A stretch of DNA of 64,000 nt from the human T2T-CHM13v2.0 reference genome, Homo sapiens. Under the pieces are notes generated by a model. That model was not told the origin of the DNA and ran no database searches. It saw only the letters and a list, made by a program, of their open reading frames with translations. The position numbers and the translations under genes are program-made. The stretch lies in the NCBI RefSeq assembly GCF_009914755.1, contig NC_060932.1. The stretch is one strand, 5' to 3'. Shown here piece after piece: positions 40,426-53,144 of this stretch (the first letter of the stretch is position 1; every line of letters begins with the position of its first letter).

Positions 40426-40948
40426 TGTAATGGTTAATTTTATGTGTCAATTTGACTGGATTTAGGTATGTGCAGATGGCTGGTAAAACATTATTCCTGG
40501 GTGTGTTTGTGAGTATGTTTCTGGAGGAGATTGGCATTTGAATTAATAGACTGAGTAAAGAAGTTACACTTTCACAATTTGATTGGGCATTATTTAATCG
40601 GTTGAGGGCCTGAATAGAAGAAAAAGACAGAGGAACAGCAAATTTGCTCTCTCTGCATGAGCTGGGACATCCATCTACCCCTTTTCTCAGACCTTACCAT
40701 TACTAGTTCTCAAGCCTTTGAGCTGAGACCAAGACACTACCTGCCCTCTTGAGTCTCAGGACTATGAGTTTGGACTAGAATGACATAACTGGCTTTCCTG
40801 GGCCTCCAGTTTGCAGACAGCAGATTGTGGGACTTCTCAGACTGTATAGTTGCATGAACCAATTCCTCATAATAAATCTCTTCTATGTCTGTATCTATGT
40901 ATATACCTATATCCCATTGGTTCTGTTTCTCTGAAAAACTCTAATACA
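40426..40948 (+). mobile_element. MLT2B-type 3' LTR of the ERVL remnant
   Basis: tgtaatggttaattttatgtgtcaa...ttgcagacagcagattgtgggacttctcag...ctaataca. Confidence 0.88.
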
Positions 40949-41762
40949 ATAGGATTAAGTGTGAGGATTTTGGATTCAGACAGAAAAAGCTCAAATTTAC
41001 CTTTTCTCTGTTCTGAATTCATAAGCTCTTTAAATCTGTTTCTTCACATAAAGAAGAGAAAAATACAATGGATACTGTCTAACTCATAGCCCTTTTGGGA
41101 AGATTAGTGGGACAACATTTGTGCCAAAATAAACATTCAATAAATTTCAATGGTGACTTGTCGAATCCAAGCTCTAGCACCTGAGACACAGGGCTGACAC
41201 ATAATAGTGGCTCAACAAGTATTTCTTAATGAATGAGTTATGCTAGAAAGATCAGCTGGAGCAAAAAAATAGAGGTATACATCGGGTAAGCTAGGAGAAT
41301 GGTGACAAAATTTGTATGATTGACCATAGGGAGAGTAGTGATGATGTGGATCAGGTGAGTTTTGTTTGTATGAATAGGTGGCATTGAGGGAGGTAATGAA
41401 GGAATGAGCCAGGTCAATGTCAGTGGAGTCAGAAGGAGACAGATATCAGACTATGAACTATTTAAAGAAATTTATGATTGTTTTGACGTAGTGTGAGGGA
41501 GAGAAAGGTATAAAATGACTCTGATATTCATATGAGAAAATTTCCAAAGAGTAGAGTTAATCCATTCTGTTTAGATATCACACGTTTGATGTCTTTTGGG
41601 GCAGCTTATTTACCATAGAATAAAGGCACAAACGCTGAGATTGGAGGCAGAAACCTTAATGCTTCTTACTTGGGTCTTCCACTTAATATGTGTGCTACTT
41701 TAGGGAAGTTAGTACACCTCTTTAAGCCTCATTTTCTCAATTTCTAAAATAGGAATGATTAT

Positions 41763-42130
41763 TGTTATGAACTGAATATTTTCCTGTCTTAAAGTTTATA
41801 TGTTGGAATCTAGTTCCCAATGTGATGGTATTTGAGGTGGGGCCTTTGGGAGGTAACTAGGTAATGAGGATGGAGCCATATCATGAAAGGCATTAGTGCC
41901 CCTATAAGAAGGAGCCAAAGAGATGGTAGCTCACTCTTTTTCTGACATGTGAGGTCATAACAAAAAGTCATTAGTCTGCAACTCAGAAGATGACCTTCAC
42001 CATAACTTGACCATGTTGGCACCCTGATGTCAGACTTCTGGCCTCCAGAATTGTGAGAAATATATTTCTGTTGTTTACAAGCCACCCAGTCTATGGTACT
42101 TTGTTGTAGAAGCCCAAACTGACGGAGACA
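41763..42130 (+). mobile_element. MLT1A-type MaLR solo LTR (adjoining a MIR)
   Basis: cccaatgtgatggtatttgaggtggggcctttgggagg...aagccacccagtctatggtac; TSD attat/ataat. Confidence 0.88.
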
Positions 42131-42423
42131 ATAATATTCATAGTTTTTGTTTGCAGAGAATGAAATGTTATACAGAATTAATTGCTCTTGCTTGATTTAG
42201 GTCCAGAGATTTTGAAACAAGGTAAAATAAGAGGTAGGCTTTAGAATATTAGAGATAATTGATTTGGCAATAGGAATTGTTAGGAAAAAAAATTAGGTAG
42301 TTACAAGTACATTTAAGTGAAGTTGCAAACCAAACGATTAGGAGGATGTAAGCTCTGCAAGGGCAGGGACTTTATTTTCTTTGCTGCTGTATTTTTAGTA
42401 CCCAAAAGAGTGTTAAACACATA

Positions 42424-43022
42424 CAGGTTGAGTATACCTATTTAAAATCCAAAACATTTTTACAACCAATTTTTTTGAATTTATTATAATCTTGCTTCTC
42501 TACAACTAATGATTCTCATGGTTTTAAACCATGTCTGCCTTTATTTACCTACACAAACACAGAATAGCATTTCCAATAGGAGAGGCTCACACAGAAAACG
42601 AAGTATAGAGTGTATGACCTCAATAAGGCATTCAGGAAAGGTTTAAGCCATCTTTCCCTCTGACCAGATTCCCTTAGGTGCTCTGATGTTGGTGTTTCAT
42701 TCTTCCAAAAGGAGAATCAAATCTCCAATCAGCCTGTGTTCTCTGCCATGTGTCACTCTCATAATATCAGAAGTGAATCTTCAATTCTTTATTACTTGGG
42801 GAAACATGTCTTTGAGGTAACTGCAGTTTGCCAACTTGCACATCCAGAAGTGTTTTGGATTTTTTCAGATTTTGGAATACATGCATTACATTTACCATTT
42901 CAGTATGCCTACTTCAAAAATCTCTAATGAGTGTTTTCTTTGAATGTCATGTCAGTATTCAAAAGGCTTAAGATTTTGGAGCATTTCAGATTCTAGACAT
43001 TCAGATTGGGATGCTCAACCTG
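42424..43022. mobile_element. Tigger4a-type MITE, split by an insert and itself inserted in an L2 3' end
   Basis: TA|caggttgagtat ... gatgctcaacctg|TA; L2 tail motif continues across it. Confidence 0.85.
42457..42830 (-). pseudogene. candidate 5'-truncated retrocopy or orphan transduction (source unknown)
   Basis: ~370 bp not resembling any repeat I recognise, inside Tigger4a; minus-strand AATAAA at 42480-42485 followed by short A runs. Confidence 0.5.
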
Positions 43023-44104
43023 TAGGAGGCTCTCAATAAAGATTCATTGTAAGAATAAACAAACAATAGCCATGGAGTTGTAGTTCTGAGGAAGCCAGGA
43101 AAGAATACTTAGTTTGGATACTAAAAAGAAACTGGAGAGTGTAGTCAATAGAATTGGAGATAAAGAACATTGGTGATGCTTAGATATATAAATTTTTTTC
43201 AGACTAAGGTGGAGGACAGCACAGGAAAGAAAAGCAGAATAAATAAGAACTGACTACTCATGAATCAGGTTTGTAGGAAAATAAAGGTTAGCACTAGAAC
43301 TATTAGCTTAGAGGGGATGGAGTTAATGTTGGCCCTGTGCTCTTCTCATCTGTACACATTGGATAATATCATCTATTCCATGCCTTTAAAGCATGTCTAT
43401 TGGAGTATGACTCTTGAATCTCATTCTAAAACTGAAATCTCTTTTAAGATCTTAACCTATATAACCAATGACCTGTTACTAAATATCACCATTTGGATTC
43501 CACAAAAAAGCCCAGGCTCAAGTGTAAAAACCTGTACTTGTTTTCCTTCCCCAAATTACTCCTTATATATTTTCTATCCTTGTGACTGGCACCTTCATCT
43601 ATCTACTGCCCAAGTCAGAAAATTAGCATTTCCCACCACATTAAAAAATCCAACCATTCACTCAAGTTATAAAGGACAGAATCCCACTCAATGAATTAGC
43701 TCTAAAATATATAGGGCTTAGGGATATAAAGAGAGTTTTTTCACCCAAGCACAGAAAAATTAATGATAATTCAAATGTTTTCTTACAAATAAGATGTTTA
43801 GGAAAGGCCAGCTGGTACTCTAGATGAGATATTACAGATTTAACACTTCGAGATAAAACTTTGCTTTGCTTATATTTTACACTATTATTTTCCCAATGCT
43901 TAGCACAGTGCCTGGAATATAGGAAGGGCACAATGAACTTAACTGGGACTCAGAAGATGCTTGGTGATCACAGAATGGGAGGAAAAGAAAATATATAAAC
44001 TAATGAAACATGTACTAACAAGAAGAATTATCTTTAAAGAGCAAAGGGGTCCTATTGACCAAAATCTTAATTTTGGTCTCTGTCCTGAAGACAGAGTTGG
44101 TATC

Positions 44105-44484
44105 TGTGTTAGTCGGTTCTCACACTGCTATAAAGAAGTATCTGAGACTGGGTAATCTATAAAGAAAAGAGGTTTAATTGGCTCATGATTATACAGGTTG
44201 TACAGGAAGCATGGCTTGGGAAGCCTCAGGAAACTTACAATCATGGCAGAAGGTAAAGGGGAAGCAGGCACGTCTTATACGGCTGGAGCAGGAAGAAGAG
44301 AGGGAGGGATCCAGTGCCACACACTTTTAAACAACCAGATCTCAGGGGAACTCTCTGTCACAAGAACAGCAAGGGGGAAATCTGCCACCATGATTCAATC
44401 ACCTTCCATCAGGACCTTCCTCCAACAATGGGGATTATAATTTGACATGAGATTTGGGTGGAGACACAGATCCAAACTATATCA
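44105..44484 (-). mobile_element. THE1D/MSTA-type MaLR solo LTR
   Basis: cctcaggaaacttacaatcatggcagaagg...catgagatttgggtg...tatca; perfect TSD gtatc at 44100-44104 and 44485-44489. Confidence 0.92.
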
Positions 44485-45717
44485 GTATCTTACTTCTAGT
44501 GTGCCTCTCTTCTTTACATACCAGCATGGATGTGTGAATCTAATTATTTCTTACTTTTCCATTGTTCACTTCATGTTCCTCTTTACCTTACATTAATATT
44601 TGATTGTTCATAATAAGGTATGGGACATATCTTGCATATTTTCAGACTCTGACTGGCATATTCTCTGCCCAGAGGTAAGATCCACAGGAAGATACATTAT
44701 ACCATTTTTATTTTGCCTTGCCTTGTAAGAGGTAGTCACAGCAGTAGTACAAAGGGAGGTAGGTGATGGTGATTTATAGCTTTAAAAAATCTTATTAGAA
44801 AATGACAAAGATTAAAAACAAGCCGGCTACACATTCAATTTACAAAATTAGGAATAGAGAATTGAACAAACCCAAATAAGCAGGCAAGAAATAAATAATT
44901 AAGGGCATAGATCTGTGAAATATAATACAAAATAATAGGTACATGTAACTAAACTCCAGACATATTCTTGAGATGATTGATCACATAATGAGATCTCTGA
45001 CAAGACTGACAAACAGAAAAAAAGAAAAACAACATGTAAATAGGCAAAACAGAATGAAAAAAGAAAAAATATCATTCACAACAGATTAATAATAGACTAT
45101 TAAGATATTATACTTTAGTTAATTTAAAATTTAATATGAAACATATGCCTACTTGAAAAAACATAAAAGACCACAAAATTAAAAGAAATAAAAAATTAAA
45201 TAAACTAATAAATGTGTAAATAATTTGAAATCATATTCAAAGGCTCCCTTTCTGAAACTTCTGGGCCAAAATTCTAGCAAATCTTGAAGAAACTGTTATT
45301 CCAAACATAAAAATTCTTCTAGAAAATGAAAAATTAGCAAAATCTGCCTACGTATTTTATGTCGTTAGATTAAGCCTGATTTCAAACTCGATGGAGAGAG
45401 CACAAGAGAAAATGTCTACTTACAAACACAGATGTGAAACTCCTTAATAAAATGTTAATCAACAGAATTCAAAAGTGTATCAAAAATAATACATCATGAA
45501 AAATAGTTTATCTAGGAATACAGTAAAGTTTCAATATTAAAAACACTCTAAGAATTAAATATGCCCATTAATTGACTAAATGTAAAAAAAAAATCTTAAC
45601 AATTGCAAAAAACCCACATTTGATAAATTCTATTTATTATAATACCCTTATGAGATGAGAGATATTTAAAAGTCTTCATTTTGAGAGATTATGTAACACG
45701 TTTTATTAATTCCACCT

Positions 45718-47964
45718 GCTCTGTGTCTTCACCCAAATCTTATCTTGTAGCTCCCATAATTCTCACGTGTTGTGGAGGGGACCTGGTGGGAGATTATTGA
45801 ATTACGGGGGTGGGTCTTTCCTGTGCTCTTCTCATGATAGTGAATTGCCTTGCACAAGCTCTCTCTGTGCTTGCTTCCATCCACATAAGATGTGATTTGC
45901 TTCTCCTTGCCTTCTGCCATGATTATGAGGCCTCCCCAGACATGTGGAACTGTAAGTCCAATAAACCTCCTCCTTTTGTAAATTGCCCAGTCTCGGGTAA
46001 GTCTTTCTCAGCAGCGTGAAAATGAACTAATACAGTACATTGATACCAGTAGAGTGGGGCGCTGCTGAAAAGATAGCCAAAACTGTGGAAGCGACTTTGG
46101 AACTGGGTAACAGGCAGAGGTTGGAACAGTTTGGAGGGCTCAGTAAAAGACAGGAAAATGTGGAAAAGTTTGGAATTCGCTAGAGACTTGCTGAATGGCT
46201 TTGACCAAAATGCTGATAATGATATGGACAATGAAATCAAGGCTGAGGCGATCTCAGATGGAGATGAGGAACTTGTTGGGAACTGGAGCAAAGGTGACTC
46301 TCATTATGTTTTAGCAAAGAGACTGGTGGCATTTTGCCCCTGCCCTAGAAATCTGTGGAACTTTGAACTTGAAAGAGATGATTTAGGATATTGGGTGGAT
46401 AAAATTTCTAAGCAGCAAAGCATTCAAGAGGTCACTTGTGTGCTATTAAAGGCATTCAGTTTCAAAAGGGAAAGAGCACAAAAGCTTGGAAAATTTGCAG
46501 CCTGACCATGTAATAGAAAAGAAAATCCCATTTTCTGAGGAGAAATTCAAGATGGCTGCAGAAATTTGCATAAGTGATGAGGAGCTGAATGTTAATCACC
46601 AAGACAATGAGGAAAATGTCATCAGGGCATGTCAGAGACCTTTGCTACAGCCTCTCGCATCACAGTCCCAGAGGCCTAGGAGGAAAAAGTGGTTTTGTGG
46701 GCTGGGCCCAGGATCCCTGTGCTGTGTGCAGCCTAAGGACTTGGTGCCCTGAGTCCTAGTTGCTCCAGCCATGGCTGAAAAGGGCCAATGTAGAACTTAG
46801 GCCATGGCTTAAGAGGGTGCAACTCCCAAGCCTTGGCACCTTCCACATGGTATTGAGCCTGCGAGTGCACAGATGTCAAGAATTGAGGTTTGGAAATCTC
46901 TGCCTAGATTTCAAAGGATGGATGGAAATGCCTGGACGACCAGGCAGAAGTTTGCTGCAGGGGCAGGGCCCTCATGGAGAACCTCTGCTAGGACAGTGCT
47001 AAAGAGAAATGTGGGGTCAGAGCCCCCAAACTGGGGCACTGCCTAGTGGAGCTATGAGAAGAGGGCTACCATCCTCCAGACCCCAGAATGGTAGATCCAC
47101 TGAAAGCTTGTACTGTGCACCTGGAAAAGCCACAGACACTCTATGTCAGCTGTGAAAGTAGCCAGGAGAGGGGCTATACCCTGCAAAGCCACAGGGGTGG
47201 AGCTTCCTGAGACTATGGGAACCTACCTCTTGAATCAGCATGACCTGGATGTGAGACATGGACTCAAAGGAGATCATTTTGGAGCTTTAAGATTTGACTG
47301 ACCCACTGGATTTCAGACTTGCATGGGGCCTGTAGCCCCTTTGTTTTGGCCAATTTCTCCCATTTGGAAGGGCTGTATTTATCCAATGCCTGCACCCCCA
47401 TTGTATCTAGGAAGTAACTAATTTGCTTTTGATTTTATAGGCTTATATGTGGAAGGGACTTGCCTTGTCTCAGATGAAACTTTGGACTGTGGACTTATGA
47501 GTTAATGCTGAAATGAGTTGAGACTTTGGGGGACTGTTGGGAAGGCATGATTCATTTTGAAATGTGAAGATATGAGATTTGGGAGGGGCCAGGGGTGGAA
47601 TGATATGGTTTGGCTCTGTGTCCCCACCAAAATCTCATCTTGTAGCTCCCATAATTCCCACATGTTGTGGGAGAGACTTGGTGGGAGATGATTGAATTAT
47701 GGGGGTGGGTCTTTCCCATGCTGATCTGGTGATAGTGAATGAGTCTCATGAGATCTGATGGTTTTAAAAATGGGAGTTGCCTTGCACAACCTCTCTCTTT
47801 GCCTGCTGCCATCCACGTAAAACATGACTTGCTCCTTCTTGCCTTCCACCATGATTGTGAGGCCTCCCCATCCATGAGGAACTGTAAATCCGATACACCT
47901 CTTTCTTTTGTAAATTGCCCAGTTTCAGGTGTGTCTATCAGCAGTGTGAAAATGGACTAATACA
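45718..47964 (+). mobile_element. THE1A MaLR provirus (5' LTR 45718-46034, internal 46035-47600, 3' LTR 47601-47964)
   Basis: Two homologous LTRs ending actaataca with THE1A-type motifs (catcttgtagctccc, ccatccacgtaa); ~1.57 kb internal with decayed ORF (…WKSLEFARDLLNGFDQNADNDMDNE…); polypurine tract before 3' LTR. Confidence 0.95.
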
Positions 47965-48164
47965 ACAGGTATACTTAATGTAAAAATGACATATTTTCTT
48001 CAAGATCAGAAATAAGACAAGAATTTCCACTGTCAGTGTCAAATGTTTTACATAATACTGGCTGTTATGGCAAATACCATAAGTAAAGCAAAGAATAAAA
48101 GAGGTATAAGGATTAGTAGGAGAGAGATGTATCTGTTATTTGCAGATATTGTGATTATCTTCTA

Positions 48165-48506
48165 CGAGCTGAGTACCTCTCATCCAAAATGACTGAGACT
48201 ACAAGTGTTTCAGATTTTAATTTTTTTGGAATATTTGCATATACCTAATAAGGTATCTTGGAGATGGGGCCCAAGTCCAGACAAGAAATTTATTTATGTT
48301 TCATACACACTTTATACACATCGTCTGAAGTTTATTTTATATAATATTTTAAATAACTTTGTGCATAAAACAAAGTTTTAACTGTGACCTGTCACGTGAG
48401 GTCAGGTGTGGAATTTTCCACTTGTTATGTCATGTTTGTGCTCAAAAGGTTTTGGATTTGGGAGCATTTCAGATTTTGGATTTTTGGATTAGGGGTGCTC
48501 AACTTG
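48165..48506. mobile_element. Tigger4b-type MITE
   Basis: TA-flanked; aagtgtttcagatttt...gagatggggcccaagtc...ggattaggggtgctcaacttg. Confidence 0.85.
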
Positions 48507-48508
48507 TA

Positions 48509-48946
48509 TGTCAGTTTCCTAGGGATGACATAACAAATTACCGCAAACTGGGTGACTTGAAACAGTAGAAATTTATTCTCTCACATTTCATGAGACCAGA
48601 AGTCCAATGTCAAGGTGTCAGCAGGGTTCCTTCAGGAGGCTCTGAGGGGCAATCTGTTCTGTGCCTCTTTCCTAGTGTTGGTGGTTGCTGGGAATCCTTG
48701 ACATTCTTGGCTTCTTGACACAGCACTCCAATCACTGTCTTCATTATCACATGGCTGAATTCTTCATCTGTGTGTCTTTACATGGCCTTCTTATAAGGAC
48801 ATTAGTCATTGGATTTAAGGCCCACTTAATCCACTATGACCTCATTTTCACTAATTACATTGGCAAAGACCCTGTTTCAAAAAGAGTGACAGTCTTAGGG
48901 AGAGGGTGGATATAAATTTTGGGGGAACACTGTTCAACCCAGTACA
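48509..48946 (-). mobile_element. MLT1C-type MaLR solo LTR
   Basis: cagtttcctaggg...taacaaattacc...ttataaggaca...ttcaacccagtaca. Confidence 0.85.
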
Positions 48947-49790
48947 TCTACACAGGAAAAAAATCCAACAGAATCAAGAGACAAATTCAGAATGCATATG
49001 CAAAATTGCCAGACAGAACCTCAACATTTAACAATCAATAACATTTCTCTATACTATGACCATCTAGAAAATATAACCAGAAATAAAGTATTTACAATAG
49101 CCACAAAATTCATAGACCTTATAGGAATAAACATATTAAAAAATATATAAAACATTTATGAAGAAAATTCAAAAGCTCTACAAAGTATATTTTAAAATTT
49201 GAATAAAAAGAGAATAATAAATTAATAAATAATAAATCATAAATAAATTTGAATAAAAAGAATAATCTTCAATGGGATGGCTTAATATGATAAAGATGTG
49301 TATGTGCATTCTCTTATTAATTATAAATTCAATGAAATTCCAATCAAAACCTATCTTTTATAAGGAGCATGATAAACTTATTCTAAAATTGATATGGAAG
49401 AATAGAGAGCAAGAAATAGGAAAGACAATTTTGAAAGAGAGTAGTAAGTGAGGAAAAGCTGAATATTTTAAAAGAACACATGCAAATAAAAAGGTAAGCA
49501 TCAAACATGTTAGAATAGATGCCTATAGGAGGTGAAGGAAATGGGAATAGAGACCAAAGGTCATAAATACACACAAAAAGGAAGGCCTTCGCTCTGGCCA
49601 ATGGTAGAGAGTATGAATGAACTGAAGCTTAAAATAAGTTGCTCAGCGAGCACAGTATCAGAACAATGCCATTTCTTCAATGATTTCCATCTCAATAGAA
49701 GGAATAGAACATTTAACGGCATTTCCATGTATTAGAGATCTGTGTGCCAGCTCTCTATATCTCTACAATGTTATCTTACTATTGTCTATC

Positions 49791-50233
49791 TAGCTCAGTT
49801 TTCTAGTGCTGCCATTAACAAATTACCACAAACTTGGTGGTTTAAAACAACAGAACTATTTTTTCTCCCAGTCTGGAGGCCAGAAGCCCGAAATGAAGGT
49901 GAGTTCAGGGTTGGTTCCTTCTTAAAGCTCTGAGGGCAAAACCATTTTATGCCTCTCCTAGCTTCTGGTGGGTGCCAGTAATCCTTTGTGTTTCTTGACT
50001 AGTAGACACATCACTCCAGTCTCTGTCTCCATCTTCAAATTGCCTTCTTACCCATGTTTCCTCTATTCTAGGGACACTTGTCACTGGATTGAAGGCATAT
50101 TCTAATTTAGGACAATGTCTTGAGATCTTTAACTTAACTACATTTGCAAAGACCCAATTTCCAAGTAACTGGAACATTCGTAAGTTCAAGTTAAACATGT
50201 CTTTTGTGGGGAGCAGCCATTCAATTCATGGAA
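49791..50233 (-). mobile_element. MLT1C/B-type MaLR solo LTR
   Basis: aacaaattaccacaaacttggtggtttaaaacaacag...tctggaggccagaag; TSD ctatc at 49786-49790 and 50234-50238. Confidence 0.85.
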
Positions 50234-50926
50234 CTATCTTTATACCTAATTAAGCACTGTATCATATAATCCTTACATGTGGAGTATTGTCTGCATTTAA
50301 GAGATAGTTAATTGACGCTCAAGGAAATCTGTATCAGCTTGTTTGCATTTCTTCCTCACTCCTCACTTAAACCTGATATGATTTCTGCTTCCTTTTTTTT
50401 TTTTTGCTTAACTGTTAGCTGCGTTGTCCAAGTAGACAAGACTAAAAGATTTTTTTAAGAATCTTAAAAAAATTTAAATCTTAAAGAAAAAGATTTAAAT
50501 CTTAAGAAAAAATCTTAAAAGATCCTTAAAGTATCTTTAATGTTAAAATCAAACAAGCATTAATAAATGCCAAAAGGAAAACGTACATCACTGTCACAGA
50601 TTATAATTTAATAAAGTTAGAAATTAATTTTAAGAAATTTAAACAAAAAATGCCAAACCATTTTGAAATTTGTGAAAGGTATACTCCTAAGGAAATCTTA
50701 CGTGGAAGAGATATATAACAGCTATTGAACACAGCTCCAAAAAATTTTTACTCTAATAATATATGATCAAAGCTATATTCTTAGTAACATTCCTAGTAGA
50801 AAATAATTATAATTTTGAATGGAACAACAAGGAATGGAAGCAAATGGAAAATTCAACATCAGAAGCTAGACAAATAAGACAAAGTTCAATAAAGAAGAAA
50901 CAAAATGTAACAGATAAAATAATGAA

Positions 50927-51498
50927 TCATGTTCCTAAGTATTTTATTATTATCATGCTACTGATTTGTGTACATTGATTTTGTATCCTGAAACTTTACT
51001 GAATTTATTTATCAGATTTGGAGGCTTTTTAGGGTCTTTATGGTTTTCTAGGTATATCATCAGCAAACAGCAACAGTTTGACTTCCTCTTTTCCAGTTTG
51101 GATGCCCTTTATATTTTTATCTTGTCTGATTGCTCTGGAAGGAGGAAAAAGATCTCTATAAGAAAAACTACAAAACACTGCTGATCATAAATGACACAAA
51201 CAAATGGAAACAGCTTCCATGCTCTGGATGGGTAGAATCAATATTGTGTAAATTACCATACTGCCAAAAGCAATCTACAGATTCAGTGCAATTCCAATCA
51301 AAATACTATCATCATTCTTCACAGAACTAAAAAAAAAAAAAAAAATCCTAAAATTCATATGGAACCAAAAAAGAGCCTGCATAGCCAAAGCAAGACCAAA
51401 AAGAACAAATCTGGAGGCATCACATTACCTGGCTTCGAACTATATAATACAAGGCTATAGTTATCAAAATAGCATGGTACTGGTATAAAAATAAGCAC
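50927..51498. mobile_element. L1PB-type ORF2 fragment with 5' inversion
   Basis: Antisense ORF2 50927-51138 joined to sense ORF2 from 51139 (aaggagg..aagatctcta..agaaaaactacaaaacactg). Confidence 0.85.
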
Positions 51499-51499
51499 G

Positions 51500-52245
51500 T
51501 GTAATTTCCCTATTAGAGAAGTTTTCTCATTTCTTTTTCAGAGGCTTGTGGTCTCTTGCTTCCTCTGTTGTCTGTCTGTGGTACTGCAACAAGCTGATGA
51601 GCTCTCTTTTGTTTTCTGAGGTTCTAGGCATCTAAAGTATGCCAGTTCTGTAAGCAATCCGAATCAGACAAGACAGAAACCAGTTTGTTGAACAGCCCTT
51701 CAGAAAGTTGGAACATTGAATACTTGTTCCACTCTTCTCTTTTGTTCCCAAGGGAGAAGCTACTAGCTGGGTAATTTCTCCTGATCTCAGTGAGCTGTGG
51801 CAGCTTCTGTCTGTGGCATTACAATTTTTCCGGTAGTGCCATAAGCTGCTGAGCTCTGTGTTGTTTTCAGCAGCTCCAGGCATCCCAAGTAATAGCAATT
51901 CCTTATAATTGCTGAGTCAGGCGAGACAGAAACCAGCACCTCAGGCACCCCCTTGAAAATTAATTTCTACTCTTCCTTTCTCTCTCAAGGAGAAGTTTCA
52001 AATTGGGATTTTACTCCCATTGCCCTGTGCTAGCTTGGGGAAGGGGCTGGCATGGCTGAAATAAAATGACTCTTCTTACCCATTTTAATGCAGCTATTCT
52101 TGGTTTTGGGCTTTCTGGGGTACTGTGACTTCCTAACTCGTTTCTGCAGTTCTCATAGAGGTTTTTTGGGGCACATATTGTTGTTGATTTGGTGTCTGTA
52201 TGAAGGAATGAGGGCTTGGGTTTCTTATTCTTCCATGTTACTCAC
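51500..52245 (-). mobile_element. L1MC/MD-type 5' UTR with two ~253-bp monomer-like units
   Basis: Repeated aagctg.tgagctct...agacagaaaccag (51671, 51924); ends in ttcttattcttccatgtt, like an antisense L1M 5' start. Confidence 0.6.
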
Positions 52246-53144
52246 TTTGTCCTTATTTTTTTTTTCAGCTCAAATCTTAGTAGATATATTTGGCTCTCTT
52301 TATCTTTCTTTTCTGAGATTCTCAATTCCTTTCTTGCTGGACACTACAAACTCCTAGGTGTCATACTTCTCTAAGCACTGCTTGTTTCCCTTGTAGAATT
52401 CCCTTGATCTTTTAAAATCTTACCTGTTGGCATTGTCTCTTTATACTCTTCTTCTTTTGGAATTGGACATTTATGCTTGAAATCTTAGTTCAGCTAGATA
52501 CATAGATTGGGGGGTTGTAATTCTTCTCATAGGCTTTCTTCTTTCTCACCATCATGACACAGTGTATTCTATCTTAGCCTGAAATGCCATTTCCCTTTAA
52601 GTCCCTGCTTAGTGTTCCCTCTCTTCCCCACCATATGCACTTTCCTTTTTGCCACCAGCCAAATTCTAGGCTCAAAGTAGCATTTTATAAATATGAGTCA
52701 AACAAAGAAGGGAAAGAAAAATAAATAAAAGAAAAGAAAAAAGAGAAGAAAGAGAAGGTGAGAGCACAGGTAGCAAATGGCAGAGTTCAAGTTTAAATCT
52801 AGATCTTCCAAATACAAATATTGCTCTTTCCAATATGCTATTCATTTCCTAGCCCAAATATGCCTCCTTGGGGAGTGGGTTTTACTTTTTATATTTCTAA
52901 TATCATTCGATGTATATAATTCATTATTGACTTTAGTTTTTCAGGGAGACATTTTCTAACCTCATCCTGGAAGTCTGAGGTTACATCTTACCTGAATTTT
53001 TTAAATCTTCTATCAACTAAATAAATTGACTGCCTTAACAAATTTTGTTGACTATGCCCCTTAATTATATCAAACATTTCTTAGTGATTCTAGCCAGATC
53101 AGCTACCATATTGTGCCTCAATATAGTCAGCTAGCTCTTCTTTC

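Larger units (their letters stand above)
44790..49520 (+). mobile_element. old L1M ORF2 scaffold, interrupted by THE1A, Tigger4b and MLT1C
   Basis: A-rich sense L1 ORF2 motifs (catttgataaattc, tcaagatcagaaataagacaaga, ttatttgcagat, aaattcaatgaaattccaatcaaaa) in collinear order. Confidence 0.75.

Noticed and set aside
43260-43694. 144-aa ORF
   Set aside because: Overlaps a decayed L2 fragment.
46131-47002. Consecutive ORFs resembling a gene
   Set aside because: Frameshifted remnants of the THE1 internal ORF.
51590-51940. ~253-bp internal repeat as a novel duplication
   Set aside because: Best explained as monomer structure of an old L1M 5' UTR.
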